Shown here in pieces: positions 51,365 through 61,567 of a stretch of 64,000 nucleotides of DNA. The translations under genes were made by a program, and so were the position numbers. The stretch covers positions 96,001 through 160,000 of the forward strand of contig JAWOEX010000039.1 in NCBI GenBank assembly GCA_046482545.1, read 5' to 3'. Each line of letters begins with the position of its first letter. Within the stretch, counting starts at the first letter, position 1. The notes below the pieces were generated by a model. The model was not told the origin of the DNA, made no database searches, and saw only the letters and a program-made list of their open reading frames with translations. Source of the stretch: Candidatus Thorarchaeota archaeon (GTDB lineage Archaea; Asgardarchaeota; Thorarchaeia; Thorarchaeales; Thorarchaeaceae).

Positions 51365-51793
51365 TTACTGCGGTGTCTTGCGGGTTCCTAAGTAGTAGCA
51401 GCCGCTGAACATAATAGCTATGCCTACTAGCAAAACAATTAGCATGAAATTTTGTGTTGGTATGTCTGTTGATAACAAATACCCTGCCAGAGAAATCAAA
51501 ACTACAATGAAACCAATTGCGGCAACTATTCGTCCTGGACGTGGATTGAATTTCATGAATGGAGGAACATCTTCTTCCGTTGATTTCATTTCATGTTCAA
51601 TCTCAACATCATCCCCAAAGAACCTCTCGCCATCTTCAGTGATATAACCGTCAAGCTCTCCCTCTTCAACTAAATGTGTAAGGTAGTCCCTTACAGTTTC
51701 TAAGTCCAGATTGAGTCTTTCGGCCATGACCTGGATGGAGGTCAGATGCTCCTTTTTCACTACCTCTAGCAATTTTTCCTTTTGGGAGGTCAT
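51365..51793 (-). CDS. PCI-like winged-helix protein with two C-terminal TM helices
   Basis: SIQVMAERLNLDLETVRDYLTHLVEEGELDGYI; two TM at C-terminus; start probably 51793. Confidence 0.65.
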   Translation of the reverse strand: MTSQKEKLLEVVKKEHLTSIQVMAERLNLDLETVRDYLTHLVEEGELDGYITEDGERFFGDDVEIEHEMKSTEEDVPPFMKFNPRPGRIVAAIGFIVVLISLAGYLLSTDIPTQNFMLIVLLVGIAIMFSGCYYLGTRKTPQ

Positions 51794-51865
51794 AAGTATT
51801 CTCACTGCCTCTAGCAATTTCCTCTTGTGAGAGCTCAAAAACTTGTTGCTTGGATTCTCGGTGAC

Positions 51866-52330
51866 CTATTTACAGCCAAAAACCGCTTTTCCCCATAAAT
51901 TGTCAGTGAACTTTCGCAATATCTCATCGATCCACTTCTTTTTGACAGCCTCTTGTTCATCAAAGTCTCTTGTGAACAATATATAGCCTTCAAAGAACTC
52001 TACCGTTAGGGGCTCAGCTGGAATCACATCAAGGATTTACTCCAAGTAACAATCCGGTTTGTTGGCTTCTTTACAGACGAAAAATGTGGCGAGTGGACTC
52101 TGAGATAGAGCTGACTGTTTCTCCGATACGAACTGGAGAATATCATCTTGTACCTTGCCCCCGTATACTGCAGAGTCAAATACCACCCTATCATGAGATT
52201 TTGGAATCATTTTGCTAGGCCTGCCGGCCTCAAAATGAACTTTATGACTCTTCAAAGCACTGGGTAGTCACTTAACTGTTGATATGGTAGCTTTCTCCCG
52301 CTTACTGGAGTATACAACTCCAACTTTCAT
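51866..52330 (-). pseudogene. Flavodoxin-like (HemG-type) pseudogene
   Basis: One frame: MKVGVVYSS...VK*LPS...DSAVYGGK...ATFFVC...YLE*ILD...KKWIDEI; two internal stops. Confidence 0.8.
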
Positions 52331-52462
52331 TTGATTCAACCTGCCTGTATGAATATTGCTTTCTAATGATTTAGCAAGAAGAGGGATTCTTCGTGATTAG
52401 TATCTCCTAAAGAAAACACATGCCTTATCAAGCGAGATTCTCGAGTAATCATAGTGATTTCC

Positions 52463-53122
52463 ATGGATGATAAGGAAGACATCTCGGTTTCAGCACCCGA
52501 AGAGTGGATGGGGGGTTGGAACAGACACTATGGTGATTTGCTTGAAAGCCAAGATGAACAACTCCTTGACTTCGTGCCCCCTCATCCAATAACCCGCCTT
52601 CAACACGCGTTTAAAATTGAAGAAATCGATGCTGAAGAAATTGAAGCTTTGGAGCTTGCATGCGGAGATGGCAAATCCACATGTACCCTGGCAAAATGGG
52701 GAGCATCAGTAACTGCAATGGACGCACTCGATTCTGCGGTCAAACTTTCAAAGAAACGTGCCAAAATTGTCGGTGTGTCCGATCGCATCAGATTTTTGAA
52801 GGGAGACATAGACTCATGGCCGATTGGAAGCAGCAGCTATAATGTTATTGTAGCAATCCAAATCCTTCAGTACCTCTTCGAGAGAGCGATACCAAGACTT
52901 CAAGAAATAAAGAATGGTGTACGGCCTGGAGGCTTCTTGGTATACTCTGGCAATGTCGAACCGCACTTTGAGACGGATCCCGAAATCCGATTTATCACAG
53001 AGACAGAGCTCACAGAAATATTAGAAGGCTGGAAGATTCACAGTATCGGAAAAGAAGAGGTCCTCATTAGAGAAGAAGACCGGAGGGGCTACATTTGGGT
53101 TGTAGCCCAGAAGCCCCTTTGA
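52463..53122 (+). CDS. Class I SAM-dependent methyltransferase (TehB-like)
   Basis: LELACGDG, VTAMD, VRPGG. Confidence 0.88.
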   Translation: MDDKEDISVSAPEEWMGGWNRHYGDLLESQDEQLLDFVPPHPITRLQHAFKIEEIDAEEIEALELACGDGKSTCTLAKWGASVTAMDALDSAVKLSKKRAKIVGVSDRIRFLKGDIDSWPIGSSSYNVIVAIQILQYLFERAIPRLQEIKNGVRPGGFLVYSGNVEPHFETDPEIRFITETELTEILEGWKIHSIGKEEVLIREEDRRGYIWVVAQKPL

Positions 53123-53129
53123 TATTCTG

Positions 53130-53648
53130 TTAACGGTTGTCTTGGAAAAACATCATGTCGACAACTATGGCTGCAGTCACACCATGAAGCCAGTCCATGT
53201 ACTCTCCAACTGTGACTCTGAATTCATCCCGTACACTAATGACTTTTTTATCCAGCTTAAGGGCGAAATGCCCTAAACTACTGTAGCCTTCAAAGCCCCA
53301 ACCCAAGATTCCGCCGTCAGCTTTGATTACCTCATCACGATAGAGGATTTTAAATTTCTTGCCAAAGGAAAACCAAGGCCGCTCAATAGCACCGACGACC
53401 TCACCAGATGGTTCTATAAGTTCGAATTTCTTCTTGAAAAAACCGCTCTTCGCGGTGAGTAGCCTGTTTTCGTTTGGATCTTCGATGTTGATGGTAGATC
53501 TCAGAAAACTCATCCATGTCTGACGACCAATGGCGACCTTCTTATCGGTGGCTTCCTCGTAAATCTCATAAACTGGTCTCAGCGATATGATCTTCTGTTT
53601 GACTCTGAACTGTCTCTGTTCTGTGGGTGTTCCAGTGTCAGTCTCCAA
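53130..53648 (-). CDS. LURP-one/scramblase (Tubby C-terminal-like) protein
   Basis: VKQKIISLRPVYEI repeated beta units, SVRDEF, terminal hydrophobic helix AAIVVD. Confidence 0.75.
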   Translation of the reverse strand: METDTGTPTEQRQFRVKQKIISLRPVYEIYEEATDKKVAIGRQTWMSFLRSTINIEDPNENRLLTAKSGFFKKKFELIEPSGEVVGAIERPWFSFGKKFKILYRDEVIKADGGILGWGFEGYSSLGHFALKLDKKVISVRDEFRVTVGEYMDWLHGVTAAIVVDMMFFQDNR

Positions 53649-53709
53649 TGTACCTACTTCCTTGGATACCCTTTTGTTTCGTTCCTAATAAACAAGATTT
53701 GCACAGATA

Positions 53710-54375
53710 TCAAGAGGTCCTCTTCACTGCAAAAGTAATTCCATCGCCAATTGGGATGATGGTGCTCTCCAAATCTCGGGAATGTGCAACTTTCTTATTG
53801 AAGGTATGTATTGATTCCATCCTAGCATCCCAATTCTCTCTATCTTGGCGCAATGGAATAAAAGCATCGTCAGCTAAGAAGAGTCCTCCAGGCTTCAAGA
53901 CCCTGATGCATTCATCTAATAGGAGAGGGTATAGTGTTTTGTCAGCATCTTGAAAAACTACATCAAAGGTTTCAGACTCAAATTCGGTAATCAGTTCGGA
54001 GGCATCACCGATTCTCACTTCGATAGAATCCTCCAATCCAAGCCTTTCAAAATTCTTTCGAGCAAATTCAACAATATCAGAATCTATCTCTAGACTTGTA
54101 ACATGGCCACCATGAGGTTTGATGGCATTTGCAATTGAGGATGTTGAAAAGCCGATACTCATGCCTATCTCAAGAACATGCTGAGCGCTTACAAGATGCA
54201 ATACAACTCTGAAGAAATCCGCCACCTCGTCTTCTATCACTGGTACAAAGTCATCTGTGAGTGTTCGATCTATGTATTCCTGATGTCTGGGTCGCGGAGT
54301 GTCTGCATAAATCCGTGATATGTAATCTAGTGACTTAGAATAATCCATGCAATCTAATCCCGTAGTCTCTGACAT
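53710..54375 (-). CDS. O-methyltransferase (COMT/CCoAOMT-like)
   Basis: LEIGMSIGFS, FQDADK, LKPGG, IGDG; start probably 54375 or 54348. Confidence 0.9.
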   Translation of the reverse strand: MSETTGLDCMDYSKSLDYISRIYADTPRPRHQEYIDRTLTDDFVPVIEDEVADFFRVVLHLVSAQHVLEIGMSIGFSTSSIANAIKPHGGHVTSLEIDSDIVEFARKNFERLGLEDSIEVRIGDASELITEFESETFDVVFQDADKTLYPLLLDECIRVLKPGGLFLADDAFIPLRQDRENWDARMESIHTFNKKVAHSRDLESTIIPIGDGITFAVKRTS

Positions 54376-54559
54376 GGACACTTCTGTACAAAACCGTTTG
54401 CCTTGTATAGAAGATTGAGCAGCCGCGTTCATGCAATTGCTGAAAATGAGCAAAAGCATTAGTGACTGGACTAGAGTTATCCACAAGAAGGATGCAGTAG
54501 CCACAAGGCAACGAAGAATGGACAGTAACTTCGCTGCCCTGTGATACTGTCTGTTCCAA

Positions 54560-55624
54560 TTACTTCTCGTAGAAGTATTTCCCTTCGGAGTAGATTACCT
54601 CATCTCCTGCCAGCACTTTTCCTTGCTTCATGTTTTTTATCATATCAACATGTACGGCACTGTCATTAGTCCCATTACAGTCCTTGTATGCTCTACCCAA
54701 AGCGCAATGCACAGTATCGCCTATCTTCTCGTCGAAGAGCATGTTGAGCGTATACTCCTTAATGCCACGATTTGTTCCGATAGCCATCTCACCAAGATAG
54801 CGAGAGCCTTCGTCCGTATTGATGATAGACTCCAGTACTTCTTCGTTCTTTTCCGCCGAGTAATCAACAACTTCACCGCTTTCGAAGACAAGCCTTACGC
54901 CTTCGATAACCTTGCCCTGCTGCATAAACGGAATATCGAAGTAAATCGTGCCTTCAACGGTATCTTCGACAGGTGCAGTGAAAACCTCTCCACTTGGCAT
55001 GTTATGTTTTCCATCGGATGCTACCCAGATTCGTCCTTCGGTTGAGGCTTGGAGATCTGTCTCGGGTCCTACAAATCGGACATCATCGTGTCGTTCCAGA
55101 TGCTCTTTCATGAGATACATATTCTCACTTGCTTGTTCCCAATCGATGAGTGTAGCATTGTATACGAAGGTCTGGTACTCGTCTAGGCTCATATTGGCTT
55201 GTTGAGCCAATGTTCGGCACGGATGGACGGTCCCGCACCATCGCTTATCCATGATGATATCGCTTAGCTCTTTGCGTGTCTTGCGGGAAATCATTTGTCT
55301 TTTCGGATCAACATTGGCCATAGCTTTGGTGTTTACTGGCGAGCTGACACCGATGAATACGTCTGCAGCTTCAACCGCAGCTTTCTGGTGCTTTGGGAAG
55401 ATTTTCAGTGTCTCGTCCGATGCTCCGTCAAAGAAGGCTCTGGAGGCCTCTTCGCTTGACATCAAAACCATTGGAACTGCGCCTGCCTTGGCTATTTCGC
55501 GGTTTAGTGCGACAACCAAATCATGGGCATCAGGGTGCGCTCGGATTATTACCATGTCGCCTTCTTGGACTTCGGTAGACCATTCGACAAGAATTTGTGC
55601 ATGTTTCTCAATTCTCGAATCCAT
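54560..55624 (-). CDS. M29 aminopeptidase (AmpS/AmpT-like)
   Basis: NMPSGEVFTAP, GEMAIG, FDEKIGDTVHCALG, SAVHVD. Confidence 0.93.
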   Translation of the reverse strand: MDSRIEKHAQILVEWSTEVQEGDMVIIRAHPDAHDLVVALNREIAKAGAVPMVLMSSEEASRAFFDGASDETLKIFPKHQKAAVEAADVFIGVSSPVNTKAMANVDPKRQMISRKTRKELSDIIMDKRWCGTVHPCRTLAQQANMSLDEYQTFVYNATLIDWEQASENMYLMKEHLERHDDVRFVGPETDLQASTEGRIWVASDGKHNMPSGEVFTAPVEDTVEGTIYFDIPFMQQGKVIEGVRLVFESGEVVDYSAEKNEEVLESIINTDEGSRYLGEMAIGTNRGIKEYTLNMLFDEKIGDTVHCALGRAYKDCNGTNDSAVHVDMIKNMKQGKVLAGDEVIYSEGKYFYEK

Positions 55625-55769
55625 AGAATATCACAACAAATAGAATCTGAGAATATGCAGGTGATATAGATTCCGAATGCAGCGACAACATATTGAATCT
55701 CAAACTAAAGAGTCATACAAACAGGGATACAAATGGGGTTTCCAACTATTGGCACCTGAAGACTCGGGA

Positions 55770-56200
55770 AGTTGGTATATCAGCTGTGTAGATGGCTCGT
55801 TGAGCACCGGTGGGGTTTATCTTGTTATGGTGGCCTTTACTGATACGACTAATCTATAGACGAATTTTCCGTGGGTATTTTATGCGTTCTTTGAGATAGT
55901 GGTTGTGACTGCTATTCTCAGGTTCGTGGGCAAAGGCTGGAGACTTGACTCGCATAGAAAGGATGAATTCATCAAGGTTGACACTAGTTTACTTCGGAGC
56001 GTTGTTGTCAATGACGAATGAATCATTTTCGGGCCACCTCAATCAACATTAGGTGAGGCGTGACGTGCAGACTTGTCTTTCGAGACTATCAAAGAGGAGG
56101 GCAAGTGAATTATCGAGAACACACAAAGCAATGATATCACTCGAAAACGGTTGTCGGACTATGACGGGATTGCCATAATCGTGGCGAAATACGGTTCGGA
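55770..56200 (+). pseudogene. Decayed paralog of the TM + ubiquitin-like gene at 56367
   Basis: One frame with 4 stops: ...FIKVDTSLLRSVVVNDE*IIFG...EA*RAD...GK*IIENTQSNDITRKRLSDY; aligns to FTEVDTSQLHRVVI...NDITDKKLSDY. Confidence 0.82.
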
Positions 56201-56366
56201 ATGCACCCGAAACTATCACATCGAGAGTAGGTCTTACTCCTCGATAGAAGACAGCGTCGAATTCTATGGTTGCTCATGAACCACTCTCATGAAACAGCAC
56301 TTTTGCAGTTAAAACATAAAAGCAGAAATGTCGGAAATGTAAGTGTACGTAGGAGGTCCAAGAATA

Positions 56367-56849
56367 TTGGATTACGAGTCAATTAAGAATCTTGCCAAGC
56401 TCTTTGTGTCAGCGTTTGTTGTTACCGTAATGTTCATCTTACTCTATCCGTTCCTAGGGCCATATCTATTGTTCTCGAGCTTGATGAATACCCCATTGGG
56501 GTTGTTTGTGATGGCTTTCACTACTGCGCTGGTGGCAGTCACACTTTTCTCCTATGCGAACAGCCGAATTGGTGCTGCTGATCAAAGAGACCGTAGTTTC
56601 ACCGAGGTTGATACTTCTCAATTGCACAGAGTAGTTATTGATAACCTCACCGGTGAAGAAAAAGTAATCTCGGGGAGTCAAGATGTAACATTTCGATCGG
56701 CAGCTCAGAAAAACTGGCCTTTTGAAAGAATAGACAAAAAATCAAACTGGGTAATCGTAGATGAGCGTGGAAACGATATTACGGATAAGAAACTAAGCGA
56801 TTATCATGAAATCACCAGAATACAACTGAAACATGAAACCAGTGGGTAG
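56367..56849 (+). CDS. Two-TM membrane protein with C-terminal ubiquitin-like domain (putative)
   Basis: TTG start after AGGAGG; two TM; soluble domain aligns by eye to ubiquitin (LTG, LSDY). Confidence 0.7.
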   Translation: MDYESIKNLAKLFVSAFVVTVMFILLYPFLGPYLLFSSLMNTPLGLFVMAFTTALVAVTLFSYANSRIGAADQRDRSFTEVDTSQLHRVVIDNLTGEEKVISGSQDVTFRSAAQKNWPFERIDKKSNWVIVDERGNDITDKKLSDYHEITRIQLKHETSG

Positions 56850-56908
56850 TGAGGGTAGCACAAAGGCACTGGAAGTCGGTTCATAGATATACCCGAAATT
56901 GTGGATTT

Positions 56909-57556
56909 CTAGCCGCACTGCCTTGACCGTTCAAGCAAGTTCCTGACTTCTTCGTCAGTGGTCTGCGAGAAGTCTTCATACCAAGCCCCGACTCCAAAGA
57001 AAGGAGATGGTGTAACAAGACTAACTGTATCATCAACCATTGAGTCGAGTTCCCTTAGAGTGTCAGGAGGTGCCGTTCCCACAGCTACCACCAAACGTTT
57101 TGCACCAGCTTGCTTCAATCCTTTGACTGCAGCCCGCATAGTAGCCCCAGTAGCCATTCCATCATCAGCAAGAATTATCGTCTTGTCCTCAATGTCAGCC
57201 TCGAGTAGGGCGCTCCCATACTGTTTCTGGCGTCTTTCAAGCTCTTTCTGTTCCTTCTGGACTACTTGCTCGATGCTCTCTTGTGTGAGATCCGCCCGGT
57301 GTACCATATCTTGGTTGATGGTCTTTATTCCACCCGAAGCAATAGCTCCGAATGCGACCTCTTGGTTGTATGGCAAGCCAAGTTTCCGCACAATTAAGAC
57401 ATCTAACGGAGCATCCAAGCTTTCAGCTATCTCATACGCGACTGGAACGCCGCCTCTGGGAAGTCCCAAAACCATCACATCGTTTTGGTCCTCGTATTCA
57501 GCAAGTTCCTTGGCCAGCTTTCTGCCTCCTTCACGGCGGTCTTCAAAGCGATTCAT
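56909..57556 (-). CDS. Phosphoribosyltransferase family protein
   Basis: FEDRREGG, LPRGGVPV, ADDGMATGAT. Confidence 0.9.
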   Translation of the reverse strand: MNRFEDRREGGRKLAKELAEYEDQNDVMVLGLPRGGVPVAYEIAESLDAPLDVLIVRKLGLPYNQEVAFGAIASGGIKTINQDMVHRADLTQESIEQVVQKEQKELERRQKQYGSALLEADIEDKTIILADDGMATGATMRAAVKGLKQAGAKRLVVAVGTAPPDTLRELDSMVDDTVSLVTPSPFFGVGAWYEDFSQTTDEEVRNLLERSRQCG

Positions 57557-57767
57557 GGCCCATCATTCTCTTGACGAGCTTTCTTCCTCTCCTGATTTAT
57601 TCTTAGGTTTGGTAATTCTATTGGGTTGAAAAGGCGAAAAGTAGAGCGTTGGAAGAAGCTCAAATCCCTCTCAAGTCCATTTTCCAGCGGTAGGGTGTTC
57701 AAAATCCTCTGGAAAATCGACTCGCCAGTCACTATAAGAAGACTGGAGGGAATCAGTGCTACGTGCG

Positions 57768-58016
57768 TTATTCTACGAGAAATACCTCATCATGCTTGCG
57801 TACACGGTTCTTTACTTTGATAGCTATCTCTTGACCTGGCTTACCTGTCTCAATTGGGTCACGGTCGACTTCCATCGAGTCGATTTTCTGCTCGAAATCT
57901 GTAGTATGACCTTTGATTCTGACTGTGTCACCCACGTTCAACTCATCTTCAAGCATGATTGCGGCAACGTCTATATTCGTGAAATAATGTGTGATTTCTC
58001 CAACTTTTCTCTCCAT
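57768..58016 (-). CDS. EF-Tu domain 2-like small beta-barrel protein
   Basis: VGEITHYF, GDTVRIKGHTTDFEQ, GQEIAIKV. Confidence 0.82.
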   Translation of the reverse strand: MERKVGEITHYFTNIDVAAIMLEDELNVGDTVRIKGHTTDFEQKIDSMEVDRDPIETGKPGQEIAIKVKNRVRKHDEVFLVE

Positions 58017-58086
58017 GATTTTCATCCACACTCCATAGGTGGTTCCTACCTAGAAAAAGTCTTTGTGTTGCACAAAAACTGATTTT

Positions 58087-59082
58087 CTATCTAGGTTTTA
58101 CAAATCCACGCCACTCAACCATATCTTCAACAGTAGATACCAAGCCCCATTTGGAACGGTACCCGAGCTCTTCACGGATTTTGCTATCGTCAATGATGTA
58201 CTCCGAACCAAACATCTTTGCCCTGAAAGCAGTTAGGAGAGGAGCATTGTCTCGCCCAAACGCTCGATACAGTGACCCCAAAAATCCCCCCACAGTCTTG
58301 GCCAGTCCATATGGAATCTCCCTAAATGATGGTTCGACATCAACTTCCTCTGCTATCGCTTCCATGAGCTTTCTGAACTCACAGGTAAATGACGTTACGT
58401 TGAATGCTTCATTTCTGGCTGACTCGAAATTCTCTGCGGCCACAACAAGACCACGCGCGACATCCTCTGCATGAACGAAACTCTGTTCATTGCTCCCGTC
58501 GCCAAAAACGACCATGCTCCCCTCTTCAATCCGCTCAATAAACTGCGGACCCGTGAACAGGTCTCCTTCACCGAGAACAACAGGGGGTCTGATCATCGCC
58601 GCTTCAATACCATAATCAGCCACGTATCGGCGAATCAATTCCTCTGAAGCCAGCTTGGACTCTTGATATGCGTTGGCTGGATTCTTTTCCCAATCTTCCG
58701 TGATAGGCTCAGAAGTCTCCGGAAACCCATATACCGCGGTAGAGGAAGTATGCAATAAGCGAGGGATGTCCTTTCGACGAATCACTTCGAGTATGTTCTC
58801 TGTTCCACCAACATTGACCGGAAAGAAATGCTCCTTGTCTCCCCAATCGGCCATGATGGCGGCGTTATGAAACAACCACTCTGTTGAATCCGGAATACCT
58901 TCCAGAAGGGTGTCCAAGTCAGTAACATCGCCCACAGTCGTTTCATATTCAAGGCCGTCCAAGAGATTTAGGCTTGAATCCTCTCTGATGAGGATGCGAA
59001 CGTTGTGTCGATTTTGTCTGAGTTGTTTGACGATGTGATGCCCGATGAAGCCGGTAGCCCCGGTAACAAAGCAATCAGCCAT
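58087..59082 (-). CDS. NAD-dependent epimerase/dehydratase (3beta-HSD-like)
   Basis: TGATGFIG, HTSS, YQESK. Confidence 0.9.
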   Translation of the reverse strand: MADCFVTGATGFIGHHIVKQLRQNRHNVRILIREDSSLNLLDGLEYETTVGDVTDLDTLLEGIPDSTEWLFHNAAIMADWGDKEHFFPVNVGGTENILEVIRRKDIPRLLHTSSTAVYGFPETSEPITEDWEKNPANAYQESKLASEELIRRYVADYGIEAAMIRPPVVLGEGDLFTGPQFIERIEEGSMVVFGDGSNEQSFVHAEDVARGLVVAAENFESARNEAFNVTSFTCEFRKLMEAIAEEVDVEPSFREIPYGLAKTVGGFLGSLYRAFGRDNAPLLTAFRAKMFGSEYIIDDSKIREELGYRSKWGLVSTVEDMVEWRGFVKPR

Positions 59083-59179
59083 TGATATTCATTGAAATAA
59101 CGAAACACCGCATCTTAGGTCTTTCGAACACAAGGTATAATGGGTAGTAGTAAGCGATAGGAATAAACTAGGTGATAAG

Positions 59180-59512
59180 ATGACTTCGAAAGTTTTAGTG
59201 ATAATAGCAAGCTCAAATGCCGATACTGCTCTGGCAGGAATGATGTACGCACGCAATGCGATTGCTCACAAATGGCTGGATGATGTCAAGGTCGTATTCT
59301 TCGGCCCATCCGAAGAGCTGCTGGCTTCCAATGAGCAGGTTGCCAAGTCTGCAGCCGCTCTTGCTGATGTTTCTGAACCACTTGCCTGCAAGTATATCTC
59401 CGACCAGCAAGAAGTATCTGAGGATATTACTGGATTGGGAGTAGGTGTCGAGTATGTAGGCACGGTCGTCTCGGATTTCATCAAGCAGGGATATACTCCT
59501 ATGGTTTGGTAG
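59180..59512 (+). CDS. DsrE-like protein
   Basis: WLDDVKVVFFGPSE, PLAC, GVEYVG. Confidence 0.75.
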   Translation: MTSKVLVIIASSNADTALAGMMYARNAIAHKWLDDVKVVFFGPSEELLASNEQVAKSAAALADVSEPLACKYISDQQEVSEDITGLGVGVEYVGTVVSDFIKQGYTPMVW

Positions 59513-59657
59513 TAGCAGTTCTGCGATCAATAGGCGAATTTCAACCTCATTTGGAAGCTACAACATGAGACATCAGGCATGAGGGCTTTGTCTTTCTCCT
59601 CAATCCCGCTCCACATGTTCTTCTTCAAACATGTTCAATATTTCGCCTTTGGAGCTA

Positions 59658-61082
59658 CTAGTGATGGTGATGTTCATGACCACCAAGCGGAGCTAGACTG
59701 CCGGCGGCCCGCTGAACGACCTCCGAAAGCGCTGGATGAATGTGAATGGCTCGCAGCAAAGGTACGAAACTCTCATTCTGTGTATACATAAGATTGGCAA
59801 TTTCTTGGATGAGTACAGGAGCATGGGGTCCGATAATGCTAGCTCCAAGCAACCTACCTGATTCTTGATCTGCTATGATTCGAACAAAGCCCTCTGGATT
59901 GCCCATAGCCATGCCTTTTGCGGTATCGATGTAGGGCGCCTTGCCAACAAGCAATTCATGGTCGGATTCCTTGGCTTCCCTCAATGTCATGCCAACTGTA
60001 GCAATTTGTGGGTCGGAGAAGACGGCTTTAGGTACTGCGTGATAGTCGGCAGGAACAAGTTCTTCGTCACTAACATCCGGGTCATTGATTGACTTGACCA
60101 TGTTGTGCCAGACCATTTGTGATTCATCATTGGCCATATGACGGAACATGTGCTTGCCAATGGCGTCTCCAAATGCCCAGATTCGTTCCTTTGAGGTGTG
60201 GAAGTAATCATCTACGATTATCCATCCGTTCTCGTCCGTGTCCACACCGGTATTCTCCGGCTTTAGCAGATCCGAGTTCGAACGACGACCCGTCGCAATC
60301 AGTATTTCCTCAGCTTCAAATTCTAGCTCTTTCCCGATCTCCCGATTCTTGGCAATTGCTTTTTTGAGATTGCCTGACTCTTCAGCATGCACTACTTCAT
60401 GGTTAGTATACACATGCATACGCTTGGACAGCTCAGACTTCAATAAATCAGAAACATCATGATCTTCATCAGGTACAAGATAGGGATTCCTTCCTAGGAT
60501 GGTCACATCGGTTCCAACAGCAGAGAAGAAATGTCCAAATTCAGCTGCTATGTAACCGCCCCCCACAATAATCAATGAATCAGGTTTCTCCGTAATCTCT
60601 AGAATGGTCTTACTGGTATGGTAGTTGATATCATCAATTCCATCTATGGGAGGTATGAGGGGTCTGGCCCCACTGGCTAATACGATGTGCTCGGCTCGAA
60701 TCTTCTCACTGCCAACCTGCATCGTGTAGTCGTCAATGAACTCGCCGGTCTTATTGTAGAAATCGTAGTTCTCGGTTTGAGCAACAGATTTCTCAATTTG
60801 CTCAGAATCACCCCATGTCTCTTCGTGCATTCGCTCCATCAAACCCTGAAAATTGACCTCATCAACGCTCGCCTTCAGGTTAATGTCTTCGGACTTCTCG
60901 ATTCTCCTGATAGTATCAGCAACATACACGAGAATCTTCGTGGGTATGCAACCCCGATTTAGACAGGTACCACCAAATCTTCCGTTGTCAATAATAGCAA
61001 CAGACAGACCCTGTTGATATGCAGGTGCTGCCACATTTGCTCCAGCTCCAGATCCGACTACTAACAAATCGTAGCGCTTCAT
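59658..61082 (-). CDS. Dihydrolipoamide dehydrogenase/mycothione reductase-like flavoprotein disulfide reductase
   Basis: GSGAG, GGTCLNRGCIP, GGGYIAAE, HIHPALSE; start at MKRYD 61082. Confidence 0.9.
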   Translation of the reverse strand: MKRYDLLVVGSGAGANVAAPAYQQGLSVAIIDNGRFGGTCLNRGCIPTKILVYVADTIRRIEKSEDINLKASVDEVNFQGLMERMHEETWGDSEQIEKSVAQTENYDFYNKTGEFIDDYTMQVGSEKIRAEHIVLASGARPLIPPIDGIDDINYHTSKTILEITEKPDSLIIVGGGYIAAEFGHFFSAVGTDVTILGRNPYLVPDEDHDVSDLLKSELSKRMHVYTNHEVVHAEESGNLKKAIAKNREIGKELEFEAEEILIATGRRSNSDLLKPENTGVDTDENGWIIVDDYFHTSKERIWAFGDAIGKHMFRHMANDESQMVWHNMVKSINDPDVSDEELVPADYHAVPKAVFSDPQIATVGMTLREAKESDHELLVGKAPYIDTAKGMAMGNPEGFVRIIADQESGRLLGASIIGPHAPVLIQEIANLMYTQNESFVPLLRAIHIHPALSEVVQRAAGSLAPLGGHEHHHH

Positions 61083-61204
61083 GATTGTTAAGTTTCTGAA
61101 TTGTATGATAAAGATAGTGGTCTGGAAAACGGAAACCTCACCTATGCCAATGTTTTTCACCACAAATTACAGGTTATTAAATATAGTTAAGAGAGGTGTT
61201 CATA

Positions 61205-61447
61205 ATGGAAGTAATCGAAAAAAGAGTTGCACAAGACAAAAACACGGTTATGAAAGAAGCCAAGGATTTCTTTGAAGGAAGACTAGGTCTCTCTCTTCGT
61301 GATGAAATTGAAAATTGCTGTCTTGAATTCAATACAGACCTTGGATTCATCAACGTTCAGGTAAATGAACGAAACGGGAAAACAGCAGTCACGCTTCGAA
61401 GCAGGGAATACGAAAGACAAGCTAGAGAGTTCCTCGACACTCTATAG
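61205..61447 (+). CDS. Small hypothetical protein
   Basis: GAGGTG upstream of ATG 61205; 80 aa with alpha/beta pattern. Confidence 0.7.
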   Translation: MEVIEKRVAQDKNTVMKEAKDFFEGRLGLSLRDEIENCCLEFNTDLGFINVQVNERNGKTAVTLRSREYERQAREFLDTL

Positions 61448-61567
61448 AGAATAAGGGGGTAATTTTCCCAATTTCAGTTGCCTCAATACGGATTGTATGT
61501 GTAATAGAATACCACAGAAAAACTATGAGCTGAGTTGAAACTAACTCCGGCTGTGATTGAATTTTGC

